Assembly (NCBI GenBank): GCA_013115125.1
Contig: JABANN010000124.1
Span: 1-64,000 of the forward strand
Direction of reading: 5' to 3'
Length of the DNA: 64,000 nucleotides
Source of the DNA: Perkinsus olseni
Taxonomy: Eukaryota
The notes below the pieces were generated by a model, which saw nothing but the letters and a program-made list of their open reading frames with translations, did not search any database and had not been told where the DNA came from. Below, one piece after another: positions 48,401-61,865 of the stretch. Position 1 is the first letter of the stretch. Every line of letters begins with the position of its first letter. The translations under genes and the position numbers were made by a program.

Positions 48401-51400
48401 GGCGGTACCGGTCTAGTTGTGAACAGATCACCTCCGAGTGCCAAGGCATCTCGACGGTACTGAGGAGGACGGCGGAGTCGATTGAGCACTTGGCGGAGCT
48501 ACGGGAGTACGCACAGACACAGGTGCCGAGCCTGATGGTGAAGATGGGAAGCGATATTGAGGCTACCTTGAGGATTCATGAGGTCCTTGAGAAGTTCAAC
48601 GTCAAGCTCACGCCTGATGATGTGAACCAGAGATGGCGTATCTTCCGCGCTCCGAAGGATATCGAAATGGCTTTGGATGAGGCTAGGGACGGCTGGGCAC
48701 TGGCCGAGAAGGGCTTCTCTAAGGACATGGCTGAGGAGATGGAGTTGTTCTTGGAGACTCTGGATGACATTGAGGGCACCATCCTCACCTTCTACCGCTT
48801 CAATGACATCAATAAGTGTCATGAGATCTACGCCAATGCCCAGTCGGTGACTGAACGACTGAAGGACGCCAGTACGGCGGCTAAGCAGTTCAACCAAAGG
48901 GAGGTGCTGCTGGGCAATGAGATGACGGACTACAGCAGAGTGGGGGCTTTGGCGAAGGAATGGGAGTCTTACAGTAACTTCTGGCGCATCGCTCATGATT
49001 GGGTGATGGATGAGCCCAAGTGGCGACATGGTCGCTTCGATAGCTTTGATGCGAAGGATATGGAGAACAAGATCGGTATGGGAAGCAAGCAGCTACATAA
49101 GATACTCCGCCAGCTCAGCTCTACTCCGGAGAACGGCCCTCTGATCGACGTAGCCACCGTAGTGAAGCAACAGCTGGAGGACTTCCAACCCTACGTGCCG
49201 ATTGTTACGGCCTTGAGGAACCCGGGAATGAGGGAGAGACACTGGGAGGCGGTCGGACAGCTGCTGGCCGGCGAAGGGCAGGAGCCACTCGAGGTTGGGC
49301 CAGACCACGTTAAGGAGAAGGGCGATGGGAGCAGCAACTTCACCCTCAACAGCTTCCTCGATATGGGTATGCTTGAAGTGGCTGAGAAAGTGGCGGAGGT
49401 CGGGGAGAGGAGTGCCAAGGAGTTCAGTATTGAGAATCAGCTGAGGGGCATGCAAGAGGCGTGGCAGGCAGTGGAGTTCGACTGCAAGGAGACGTATCGG
49501 AATACCGGTACCTACATCCTGAAGGGCTCTGAGGAAGCGTCGATGCTGTTGGACGAGCATATAGTCCTCACACAGGCCATGCAGTTCTCACTGTATAATA
49601 AACCCTTCAAGGAGGAGATCGACGCCTGGGCTACCAAACTCCTTTATGTCTCGGAATGCTTGGAGGCATGGCTGAAGGTAAGATACTGACACCTACAACA
49701 TCGTCTGCTATCAGTAGGCTCTCATTGTCTTCTTTCTCCTTCTAAGGTTCAACGGGCATGGATGTACCTCCAGCCCATCTTCGATTCACCAGACCTGATG
49801 GTGCAGCTGCCCAACGAGGGGAAGAAGTTCAAGTCCGTGGACAGTACCTGGCGGCAAGTGATGAACCGAGTATCGAGGGATTGTAAGGTGATCAATGCCT
49901 GCTCCCAAGACGGGTTACTGGAGAAGTGGGGTCAAGCTATAAAGGACTTGGATTGGGTACAGAAAGGCCTCGAGGATTACCTTGAAGTCAAGCGAGGTGA
50001 GGGCCTCTCTGCTGCTGTTCCCAGTCGTACTGGCCATGCCTGTTCGTGACTGTGTTCCCTCCTCAGCGGCCTTTGCTCGGTTCTACTTCCTGTCTAACGA
50101 CGAGCTCCTCGAGATCCTATCCCAAACTAAGGACCCCACTAGAGTCCAACCCTTCCTGTGTAAAGTATTCGAGAATATGTCCAGTCTGGCCTTCAATGAG
50201 GACCTAACTGTATCCAGCATGAGCAGTCTAGAAGGAGAGACCGTCCCCTTCGTAGAGCTCCTCTCTACTGCCGGCTCCAATGTCGAGCATTGGATGACCG
50301 AGGTACCCACTCCGACTGCTGCTGCCTGGCAAGCATCAACCATCAGGTCGAAGTGGCCATGCGGGAGGCGGTCCGAGCGGCGCTGTACAACGCTGTCTTG
50401 ACGTATGTCGACGTCCCTCGAACCGAGTGGTGTGTTAGCCATCCCGCCCAGACTGTCCTTAACGCCAGCCAGGTACCAGCCACTGCCGTTCGAGTTGAGC
50501 ACGCTTCGACCTTAGATACATTGGACGTCGGAGGTCGAGGCTCATATTAAAGGGAACACTGTTGGAGTTTACGCTGAGCAACTCCATCAGCAACTGATGG
50601 ACTTGGTGACCCTCATCCGTGGTGGCCTCAGCAAGCTACAGCGGACCACTGTGGGGGCGTTGGTAGTCATCGACGTCCACGCCAAGGATGTTGTGGAGAA
50701 GCTCCTTGAAGAGGCTATCACTACAACTTCGGCATTCGAGTGGATATCCCAGCTGAGGTACTATTGGAACAAGGACGATACTGGTAGAGAGAACTGCTGG
50801 GTTATGATGGTACAGACGGACTTCCCCTACGGGTAGTAGTAACAGCAGTAGAGGCAGCGAGGCGTCACGTGAAGGCCACAGGTATGAGTACCTCGGCAAC
50901 ACCTTCCGTCTTGTCATCACACCCCTCACTGATATGTGCTACATGACTCTCATGGGAGCGCAGAGCCTCAATTTGGGCGGCGCCCCGGCCGGGCCGGCTG
51001 GTAGTAGATTCGGGCCTCTTCTCTATCTCAGAGTAGGTTAGCGGGTCTTAGGTACGGGTAAGACTGAGACGACCAAGGATCTGGCCAAGGCCTTGGCTAA
51101 GCAGTGTGTTGTCTTCAACTGTTCGCCTGAGATGGACTACATCATGGTTGGCAAGTTTTTCAAGGGTCTAGCCTGCTCTGGTGCCTGGTAGTACCGCCAC
51201 CCTACCACTCCTCCACCTCATCCTGCCCCTCAGGTGCTGTTTTGATGAGTTCAACCGTATTTACATAGAAGTGCTGTCGGTGATAGCCCAGCAGCTGCTG
51301 GTCCTCTTCGGTGCCAAGGCCGAGCTGGCCAGCTACTCGGAGTGTAAGGAGCTCGACTTCGAAGGCTCTACCATCAATATGAAGCCTACCTTCAACGTCT

Positions 51401-54400
51401 TTATCACCATGAACCCAGGATACGCTGGTAGAACCGAACTACCGGACAACCTGCAGGTAGGGGTTGTCGCTGCCGTTGTGAGCCCTCCCCTTCCTCCTCC
51501 CTGCAGGCTCTCTTCCGACCAATGGCGATGATGGTACCGGACTATGCTCTTATTGGTGAGATTATGTTCTATGCCTACGGCTTTACATCGGGTAGAGCAT
51601 TGGCACAGAAGATGGTCAGCACCTTCAAGCTGAGTAGTGAGCAGCTCTCCAGTCAGGACCATTATGATTACGGTAGGCCTCTGGTGGGGTCCCTCCTGGC
51701 TACTACCACCACAGCCGTCCTTCAGGTATGCGGGCAGTGAAGTCCACGATCGAGGCGGCTGGTCTGCTCAAGAGGCTGCATCCAGATCAGGACGAGAATC
51801 AGATACTGCTCCGAGCGCTCAACGACGTGAATGTCCCGAAGTTCCTCAAGGATGACCTACCACTCTTCGCCAACATCATCACTGACCTCTTCCCCGGTAG
51901 CTGTCCCTTCTCGGCCCTCCTCTGCAGTGCTAGGTAGATACTGAGCCTCCTGTGGTGGAGTATGGGGAGCTCAAACCGGCCCTGGTGGCTGGACTGGAGA
52001 AGGCATCTATGCAGGCTACCGACTACGTCATGCTCAAGTGCATACAGCTCTACGACACTCTGCAGGTCGGCTGCTCAAGACATGGAGTCTTACCCAATCG
52101 TCTCGCTATTGCCAGGTCCGTCATGGTATGATGTTGGTAGGGCCGACTGGAGGGGGTAAGACTAACACCTACAAGGCCCTGCAGGCCGCCATGACCTCCT
52201 TATCCACCGATGATGAGCTGCCTGAGGCTACCTTTCAAAAGGTGAGGGGGGTTCAGTTGCGAGAAGGGGAATGTCTATAGGATTCATTATTATCTTTCTT
52301 CTCCTTCTTCTGAGTACTGGGAAGGGGCACGGCCACAGGCAGCGACAATGATTATCATCCAAACTCATCGCCCCTCTTCATTACCATTATCCTAACTATA
52401 GGATTGCTCTTGTCACCACAGACTGTCGATCCCACTATTGTCATCACTCGGGTAGGTCCATACTCATATAATAAACCCCAAGGCCATCACCCAAGCCCAA
52501 CTCTATGGTGCCTTCGATGAGATCACGCATGAGTGGAGCGATGGCATCGCCGCTGAGGAGCTGAGGATCGCCGTCAGGGACACATCACCGGACAAGCACT
52601 GGATAATCTTCGATGGTGAGGGGGTTGGTGCCTGCAGCTAGTATCGGATGGTCCCTCCCCCCAGGCCCGGTGGACGCCCTCTGGGTTGAGAGCATGAACA
52701 CAGTACTAGATGACAACAAGAAGCTGTGCTTAGTCTCAGGAGAGATCATCACCCTCACAGCCCAGGTAGGGTAGCCTCTACCCCTCTACGTCTTCTGCGG
52801 TGCTCCCAGGTACGAATGATGTTTGAAGTCTCCGACCTGGCAGTGGCATCCCCGGCAACCGTATCGAGGTGTGGTATGGTGTACGTCGAGCCTGGCTCCC
52901 TCGGCATGAACCCTCTCATCGACTCCTGGCTCTCTGGCCTGCCTGAATCCTTCGCCCACTACGCCCCAGCATACCGGGATCGACTGCGCACCTACTGCTA
53001 TGACTACATCCACAACAGCGTCATGTTCGTCAAGAAGAGGCTCCGCGAGATCGTCTTTGTTATGGAGAACTCTCTATGTGCTAGTTGCCTTCGACTGCTC
53101 AGCTGTGAGTTCGACCGTTTGCGACCTACTGAGTACGTCAAGTTGGAGAGCTTGAAGGACCCAGTGAAGGAGTTGGACCAGGCACTAGGCTCGGTGTTCA
53201 TCTTCGCTCTTCTCTGGTCGGTTGGGGCGGCTGTTGATGGTCCTGGACGGGAGCGTCTGAGCCAGTTCCTCTGGGCTACCCTCTCGGACGCAGCTTTGGG
53301 CGCGCTGGACGAGCACGATCGTGGAGGGGAGGGCGCAGGCTTCCATCTTCCACCGAGTCATGCACATGATATCAAGCTGAACGGGATAGAGGAGGGAGAC
53401 AACCTCTTCGACTACTGTTTTTTGGCTGCCGAGAACCGCTGGGTTCCCTGGCTCGACACAATACCCGAATTCGTTGTACCGAATAACGCGAAGTACGAAG
53501 ATATAGTCGTCCCCACCATAGACAGCATCAGGTCGACTCAGCTGTTGAAGACACTCTCGGAGCATCACCATCATACGCTATCCTGTGGCCCTACTGGAAC
53601 AGGGAAATCGGTTAACACGGCGCAGTACCTCCTCAAGGCCGCCCCGGACACCTTCCAGCCTGTCTTCGTCAACTTCTCAGCACAGACACACGTAAATCAG
53701 TTCCAGGATCTGATAGACTCTAAGCTGGAGAAGCGACGGCGAGGAGTGTTCGGCCCCCCAGCCGGGAAGAAGATGGTCCTCTTCGTCGATGACCTCAACA
53801 TGCCACAGAAGGAGTTCTACGGTGCCCAGCCACCTATTGAGCTACTGAGGATGTGGCTGGACCATGGCGGCTGGTATAACAGGAAGGAGCTCGTCTTCAA
53901 CCATGTCGTAGATATGATCTTGGTGGGCTCTATGGGCCTGCCTGGAGGTGGTCGGACCTTCATCACTGAGAGACTCAAGAGGCATTATCATCTCATCGGA
54001 TACACGGATCTTAAGGAGCGTTCGATCAGTGGCATATTCAACACTATTGCGGACTACTTCTTCAAGGCCTTCGATGAGGAAGTTCAAAGCTTGGTTCCAA
54101 AGATGGTGGACGGGATCATCGACGTAGGCCCCGTCAGCCGCTGCTCTCCTTTTTCTCTCCAGTCAGCTGTCGTCATCAGGTCTTCCAGAAGATTGGGGAT
54201 ACACTGCTTCCCACTCCTGCCAAGAGCCATTACACCTTCAACTTAAGGGACATCTGGAAGGTCTTTCTGGGCGTCTGCGGTCTATCTCGACAGAAGGGGA
54301 ACAGCGCTATGATGGCTATTCGGTAGGCCCGTCGCCATGCGGGCGGGCTGGACGATGGTGATGATGTTGCCCTTAGTTGCTGGGTCCATGAGAGTAACAG

Positions 54401-57400
54401 AGTGTTCGGGGACAGGCTTGTTGATAACAAGGACCGAGCCTGGCTTGAAGAACAGGAGAGGGAGAAGGTGTGTGGTCGGGATCAGGCGAACCGTAGTATC
54501 GTCGTGTTCAGCTGCAAGAGTGCTTCGGTGTTGACCCTGAAGAAGTGTTCAAGTCGGACAGACTGGTCTTCGGCCGCTTCACGGACGTCGGGGCGGACGT
54601 GCAGCACTACATGGAAATACCGGACATGGAGAGGATGAAGCAGGTCGGATCCGCACTCCGCAGCACTTCTCCTCCTCGTACTGATCGTTGTCCCCTACGC
54701 TCTCTGTCGAACCATCGACAGAGACTACCGCGAGGATGATGGCGAATATGGCGATGGATAGTTACTTTAGATCAAAGTATTCGATAGCCTGTCGGGCGAT
54801 GTCTCTGGTGGCGCTCGGCACTTCATTAGGCAACGGAGTCCATAATTTGGGGATAGTCTTCCTCCACTCACCTCGAAATTTTACAAAATGAATCCGCTGA
54901 TGGGGTTACCAAGTGCCAAATTTGCTTGGGCAGCTTGTGAGTTGCCAAATAACACGATGGATATTGACCACAGTATGTCGCCTTATCTTCATCAACACTA
55001 TGATATCCGGCAGCTCTAGATATCTTCGCGAATACCCGGCTCGTGTTCAGGTCATCGAAGCCTACTTGGATGAGTATAACAGTACGGCAGTCCATAGGAT
55101 GCCCCTCGTTATGTTCCTTGACGCCTGTGAGCATGTATCCCGGATAAGCAGGATCCTCGATCAGCCCCGAGCTAACGCCCTTCTACTGGGTGTTGGTGGC
55201 TCTGGTAGGCAGTCCTTGACGAGGCTATCCAGCTTCATATGTGACTACGAGTGCTATCAAATAGAGGTGGCCAAGGGTTACGGTATGAACGAGTTCAAGG
55301 AGGATGTCAAGACTTGTCTCATGAAATGTGGTATCGAGGACAAGGTTCAGGTCTTCCTATTCTGCGACACTCAGATCATCTCAGAGGAGATGGTCGAGGC
55401 CATCAATAACGTCCTCAACAGTGGAGACGTGCCCAACCTGTACAAAGTGGAGGACCTCGACGCCATTGCCTCAGCCTGTCGGACTGTGTGCCAACAGCAA
55501 GGACTCCAGCCGACTAAGGCCAACATCTTCGCGGCCTACCTCTCCAGGGTGCAAAAGAATGTCCACGTAGTGCTCGCCTTCTCCCCTGTTGGGGACGCAT
55601 TCAGGACGAGGCTCAGGATGTTCCCCTCGCTAGCTAACTGCTGCACGATCGACTGGTTTGCCGAGTGGCCAGCAGAGGCCCTCTACTCGGTGGCCGAGCA
55701 AGAGATCCTCGGAGGTGGTGTTCAGCTGCCAAATATGGAGGGCGTCCTCAACGGCTTCAAGTTTGTCCACCAGAACGTTGAGAGCGAGTCCAGGAAGTTC
55801 TTTGAGGTCCTGAAAAGAAAGGTGTACGTCACCCCGACCAGCTTCCTAGAGCTGTTGGGCTCCTTTAAGAGTATATTGGCGGAGAAGAGGAAGGAGGTCG
55901 GCCTACTACAACACAGGTTGGAAGCGATCGACTAACTATCCATGGTGGCTGTTGAAGCTTCCCTGGGCAGATACCAAGTCGGTCTTGATAAGATATCCCG
56001 AGCGGAAGACCAGGTCTCGGAGCTGCAGGAGGATCTTGTTGCCATGAAGCCTGTTCTGGAGCAAACATCTAAAGAGGTCAGCAGGCAGCGGTGGTTTGAG
56101 GTCCTCATAAGCTGCTGACCATAGGTCGCCGAGATGATGGTAGTCATCGAGGCTGATAAGAAGGACGCGGCAGTTACACAGGAGGCAGTGGCTAAGGAGG
56201 AGAGTGAGGCTTTAACGAAGAAGGAGATCACACAAACCATCAAAGACGATGCTCAGAGGGACCTTGATGAAGCCATCCCGGCCCTTGATGAGGCTGTCAG
56301 GTCCGTCGCTTTCTGTTCACTCTATCGCACTGTAGGTCCGGGTCCTGTAGGTGTCTGTCGAAGCTGAAGGCTGAGCATGTACGTGAAGTGAAGGCCATGA
56401 CCAACCCGCCATCGGGTGGGTATTCTAGCACCATAAGCTCCAATGGAGGTATGCTGCTGCTGTGCTGATGATAGGGGTGAAGCTGACGATGGAAGCCGTG
56501 TGTATTATGTTCTCCATCAAACCAGTGAGGAAGAACGACCCTAACAAGCTGGGGGCTAAGATAGATGATTACTGGGAGAGCGCACAGAAGGAGCTGCTCC
56601 AGGTGGGAGGTTGGGGAGGCCTGGGCTGAGGGCTCAGGCTGCACGTTCAGGACCCAAAGAAGCTACTGGACTCTCTCATGCACTATGACAAGGAGAACAT
56701 AGCTGACTCGGTAATAGAGAAAATCACGCCTTACATCGAGAGGGAAGACTTTGACCCTCAAGCCATTAAGAAGGCGAGTGTGGCCTGCGAGGCTATCTGC
56801 ATGTGGGCCCGAGCCATGTTCAAGTAGGATGCCAAGCAGCGCCTCTTCCTCGGCCCTACCCTCTGGTTGTCAGGTATAATACCGTGTCGAAAGCAGTGGA
56901 GCCGAAACGTATCAAACTACGAGAGGCTGAAGAGGAGCTCAAAGTCACCATGCAGAGGCTTGATGAGGCACAGGAGAAGCTTGCTCAAGTACGAGTTAGT
57001 CACGGATACAGCTGGGTCTAGATGGATGGTAGGTGAACGCCAGAATCGCTAAGTTGGAGGCTGATTACAACGCCGCTGTAGAGAAGCAGCAGCAGCTCCA
57101 ACACGATAGTCATATGTGAGCTGACCGCTCGACCGGGAGTCGAAGGATGCGCTCTGCTCAGGTGTGAAGTTAAACTTGAGAGAGCACACAAGCTCATTGG
57201 TGGGCTCGGTGGGGAGAAGTCTCGATGGCGAGAGAATGTGAAGAACCTGTCTCGGTCACTGGACCTGCTGCCGGGGGACTGTCTAGTCGCAGCTAGTGGT
57301 GTCAGCTACCTAGGCCCCTTCACTAATGAGTATCGCCTCGTCTGCGAGGCGGCTTGGCGTGGCGAGATGTCATCGCGAGGAGTCGAGTACACCGAGAACT

Positions 57401-60400
57401 GCTCCCTTCGATCGGCTCTGGGTGAGCCTGTTAAGATAGAGCAATGGGTGGTCTGTGGCCTGCCGAATGATTCTTTGTCAATCGGAAATGGCATCATCTT
57501 GGATAAGGCTCGGAGGTGGCCACTGATGATAGACCCCCAGCGACAGGCCAACAAGTTCGTGAAGACTATGGGCAACAGCATAGACAGTGGTATGGATATT
57601 TGCAAGCTCTCCGACTCCAACCTGTTGAGGACCATGGAGCTCGCCATACAATTTGGGAAATGGGTGGTACTAGAGAATATTGGAGAGGAGCTGGACCCTG
57701 CCCTAGAGCCCATACTGCTGCAACAGAAGAGCAAGGATGGCTCAGGCTACGTCATAAGGCTGGGTGACAAGAACGTCCCTTACAACGACACTTTCCGGCT
57801 CTTCATGACAACGACTCTACCAAATCCTCATTACTCGCCGGAGACCAGTGTGAAGGTCACCTTACTCAACTTCGCCATCACACCGGAGGGTTTGGAAGAT
57901 CAGATGCTTGGCATCGTTGTTTCGAAGGAGAGGCCAGAATTGGAGGCTCAGAAGTCCCAGTTAGTGTCACAGAATGCTAAGATGAATGCCCAGCTAAAGG
58001 CGATAGAAGATGAGATACTGAGGCTACTAGCCACGAGCGAAGGTGATGTTCTCGAGGACGACACTCTCATCAACGCCATCGCCCAGTCCAAGGCAACTGC
58101 CACTGAAATACAGGAGAAGCAAGCGGAAGCTGCGGTGACCGAGAAGAACATTGATGAGGCCCGAGAGAGCTACCGATGCGTAGCCTACAGGAGCAGTCTG
58201 ATATTCTTCTGTATTGTCGGCCTTACCAATATCGACCCGATGTACCAATACTCCTTGAGGTGGTTCCAACAGCTCTTCTCGCTGGGGATCGATCAGGCCC
58301 CGAAGCCTTCCAATCCACTGGATCTGGCTACGAGGCTAGAGAGCCTTATAGATTACAACACCTACATCTTCTATCAGAATGTCTGTCGAGGCCTCTTCGA
58401 GAAGGATAAGCTCATGTTCTCCTTCGCGCTCTGTATCAAGCTCATGCAGGGCGAGAGCCGTGTCCCTCCCAACGAGCTTCGATTCCTGCTCACCGGTCCA
58501 ACGGAGGACTTGGTCGAGAGCGGACCGCCCATACCCGCTGACTGGATATCGAAACCTACTTGGAATGAGGTGCTCGGCTTGGAGGCGCATGTTCCTGAGT
58601 GCGCTGGGCTCGCGGCTAGCATCACTGAGAAGCCCGATGAGTTCCGTGTAATCTACGACACCACAGATGCGCACAGTCTTGAGCTCCCCGAGCCTTGGGA
58701 AAGTCTTCTCTCCCCTCTCCAGAAGCTATGCTTCCTGCGGACCCTCCGGCTAGATGAGGTCATCCCAGGCGTTGTGAGCTTCGTTGCCAAAGAGCTGGGC
58801 CAGAGGTTCGTCGAACCGCCAACCTTCGATATCGCCAAGTCCTTCGCTGACTCCACCAATATGAATCCCCTCATCTTCATCTTGTCCAGCGGCAGCGACC
58901 CTACGAGTGATGTGCTAGCCTTCGCTGAGTCGATGAACATGTCAAAAAAGATGGAGGCGATATCCTTAGGTCAGGGACAAGGCCCGAAGGCAGCCAAGAT
59001 GATACACCATGCCTCTGGCAGTGGGGGTTGGATATTGCTACAGAACTGTCATCTAGCAGCAAGCTGGATGAGCACGCTGGAGAGGATATGTGAGCAGATG
59101 GCTCCTGATACTACCGATAGCAACTACAGACTTTGGTTAACGTCGATGCCTTCTAAGGCCTTCCCGGTGATGGTACTGCAAAGTGGCGTCAAAATGACCA
59201 ACGAGCCCCCCAAAGGGCTCAGGGCCAACTTGCTCAGGAGCTACGCTCAGATGAATGACAACATTTGGGTGGACAGCGCCAAGCCAGAGGTCTTCAGAAA
59301 GCTGCTCTTTGGCTTCTGCTTCTTCCATGCGGTCGTGCAGGACCGGAGGAAGTTCGGCCCGATTGGCTGGAACATTCCCTATGGCTTCACCAACGAGGAC
59401 TTGGCGGTATGCCGTCGACAGCTGATGGTGTTCATCAACCAGTACGATGAGGTGCCCTACAAGGTGTTGAATTATCTCGGAGCACAGATCAATTATGGCG
59501 GCCGAGTCACTGATGATAAGGACAAACGCCTTATCAACTGTATCCTCACTACCTATTGCTGTGAGAGCCTCGTGACCAGCTGCAGCCAGTACAAGTTCTC
59601 GGACTCTGGCGTCTACTACTGCCCAGACGAGGCCGTATTTGTGGATGACTTTATCAAGTACATTCTCACTCTACCACTCAATCCAGCTCCTGAGGCCTTC
59701 GGTATGCACGAGAACTGCAATATCACCTGCGCTCAGGCAGAGGCTGAGAACCTTTTGGCTGGTGAGTCTCCTTATTGCTACGTTCCCTCCGTTCTAGAGC
59801 GTATCTATTATAGACTGGATTGATTCAGGGATGCTCGAGATGGCCCCGTCTGGAGCCGGCGAGGGCGGTGGCAAGACGGTCGAGGAGATGATAGACGAGA
59901 CCGCCGCCCAAATTCAGGAGAAGACCCCGGCGGTCATCGACTTTGACCTCGTGGATGAACTATATCCTACCAAGTAAGAGAGCTGCTCTGGCAGGAGCAT
60001 GGCGACACTGCTTACTGAGCTGGATCCTCATGGCCTTGTTTTAGATACGAGGAGTCCTTGAATACTGTCCTTAAACAGGAGGTGCTGCGGTACAACAGGT
60101 TGATCGATATTATGGTATCCAGTCTGAAGGAGCTACGAAAGGCCTTGAAGGGTCTTGTCGCCATGAGTGCCGAGCTGGAGACGGCTAGTCATCAACTATT
60201 CGCCAATACGGTAATGCAGCGGCTGCAGTGCTACCAGTATGGCTTCGCTAGTCGTAGCTGGATTTCAACTTGGCTTGTTTAGTAAACACTGTCCACTTAA
60301 GGTCTTTAGTGGACACTTTAAGAGTCTCGCAGTCATCTTTGAAAGCCTCATTCGTGTACCATATTCAGGTTCCCGACATGTGGGCCGAATTGGGCTTCCT

Positions 60401-61349
60401 GTCCATGAAGCCCCTGAGCAGCTGGATCAACGACTTGGTGGACAGGATAGCCTTCCTTAACCAGTGGATCGAACACGGCACACCCAAAGCTTTCTGGATG
60501 AGCGGCCTGTGAGTGGAGGGGAGGCATACCCTTTTGATACCCAATCTTCCGTGTATCGTCACTCGTATACGTACCGGAAACAGATGACGGAATATGAAGG
60601 TCTTCGTTCCCTCGTAGGTTCTTCCCTCAAGCATTCCTCACCGGCTGTCTACAGAACTACGCCAGGAAGTTCACTCTTGAGATCGACAGGCTCCAATTTG
60701 GGTTTATGTGTCTAGACATCTCCAAACCTGAGCAAGTCTCAGAGGCGCCTGGACACGGAGCGTACGTCTTAGTGTTCTCCTCCACGGCCGCCACGCCGCA
60801 CTGGTCCAGGTACGTGTACGGCCTCTTCCTCGAGGGTTGTCGGTGGGACCCCCAGGCAAGGCTCTTGAGTGAAAGCTTGCCTAAGGAACTGTAAGTGTTG
60901 ACCTCTGCCCGGAGGAGACAGCGGGTTGTGTCGCCGTGGAGGAGGATCCCTCGCCAGCGGGCCGAGAGCTTTGCTTCTTGTAGTTACAATGAGCTGCCTA
61001 TTATACATTTCTTACCCGAGGTTGACCGTGAGAAGCCTTCCAACGCCTACATGTGTCCGACCTACAAGGTCCTCTCGAGAAGGGGAACTTTATCGACGAC
61101 AGGCCACAGTACCAATTTCGTCCAGTAAGTTGGGCCTCTCGCCGATGCACGCAGCGTTTAGGGCGCGCGCTAAATGCATTCGACATTTGGCTGTGGGGTC
61201 GCGCGGTTCGCTTAGCAGCCGGATCGGCTTCCTGAGAGGGCCGAGAGCAGAGATCTGTGCCCCCTAGGTACCTTGAGCTTCCTAGCGATCGTCCTCAAGA
61301 CGTGTGGATCCGAGCAGGCGTGGCGGCTTTCCTCTCGCTCAAATTTTGA
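45462..61349 (+). CDS. DNAH1: Axonemal inner-arm dynein heavy chain, DNAH1-like, complete, multi-exon
   Basis: P-loops [56 protein letters not shown]-terminus [30 protein letters not shown]-terminal RPRKVLVER and [20 protein letters not shown] are typical of DNAH1. Confidence 0.93.
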
Positions 61350-61784
61350 GGTTGAAGGGCCTTGAGTGCTCGAGGAGCGGCTCCTGTCGCCCTTGGAGGG
61401 CAGCATGTTCGATAATCGTCTATGATGTGGCCAGACGTACTCGTGAGGTTCCTGTGGTGTTGAGTGGAACATTGCAGTAGGGACAGCTTACACAATGAGG
61501 CGGCATAGTGGCTCGCCTCCTGGCTTTGCTCGCGCGTCACAACCCCCCCGAAGCTTCTGCACGCATGCACAAACATGAGACGGGGGCGGCTTGTGGAGCC
61601 TTAAGTTAGCTACCACTCCATCCAGTACTCGTGCATAGCTGGGGTCGGAGAGTCACGGTTGTCTGCGGTGGTACGGCAGTAGCTAGTGTCACTCAGACGT
61701 GGAGGGCTAATCAGTTTCGCCTCGCTTAGGGTTTAGCGGGGACTTTTAACGATTGGAGTGGTACGCGGTTCTCGTGTGATATAA

Positions 61785-61844
61785 TTTCTTCCTCTCAGGC
61801 TTTGTCTGTTTCTCTACGTTCCTCTCTTTGTTCCTTCTCCCCAA
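61785..61844 (+). promoter_or_regulatory. Polypyrimidine tract ending in AG; probable 5'UTR or trans-splice acceptor of eEF3
   Basis: tttcttcctctcag..tttgttccttctccccaag, ending ~20 nt before the ATG. Confidence 0.45.
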
Positions 61845-61865
61845 GTAAACTCCTCCAAGATCGCT

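Noticed and set aside
61726-61734. ttagggttt (telo-box/telomere-like) upstream of eEF3
   Set aside because: A single 9-mer is expected by chance in a window this size.
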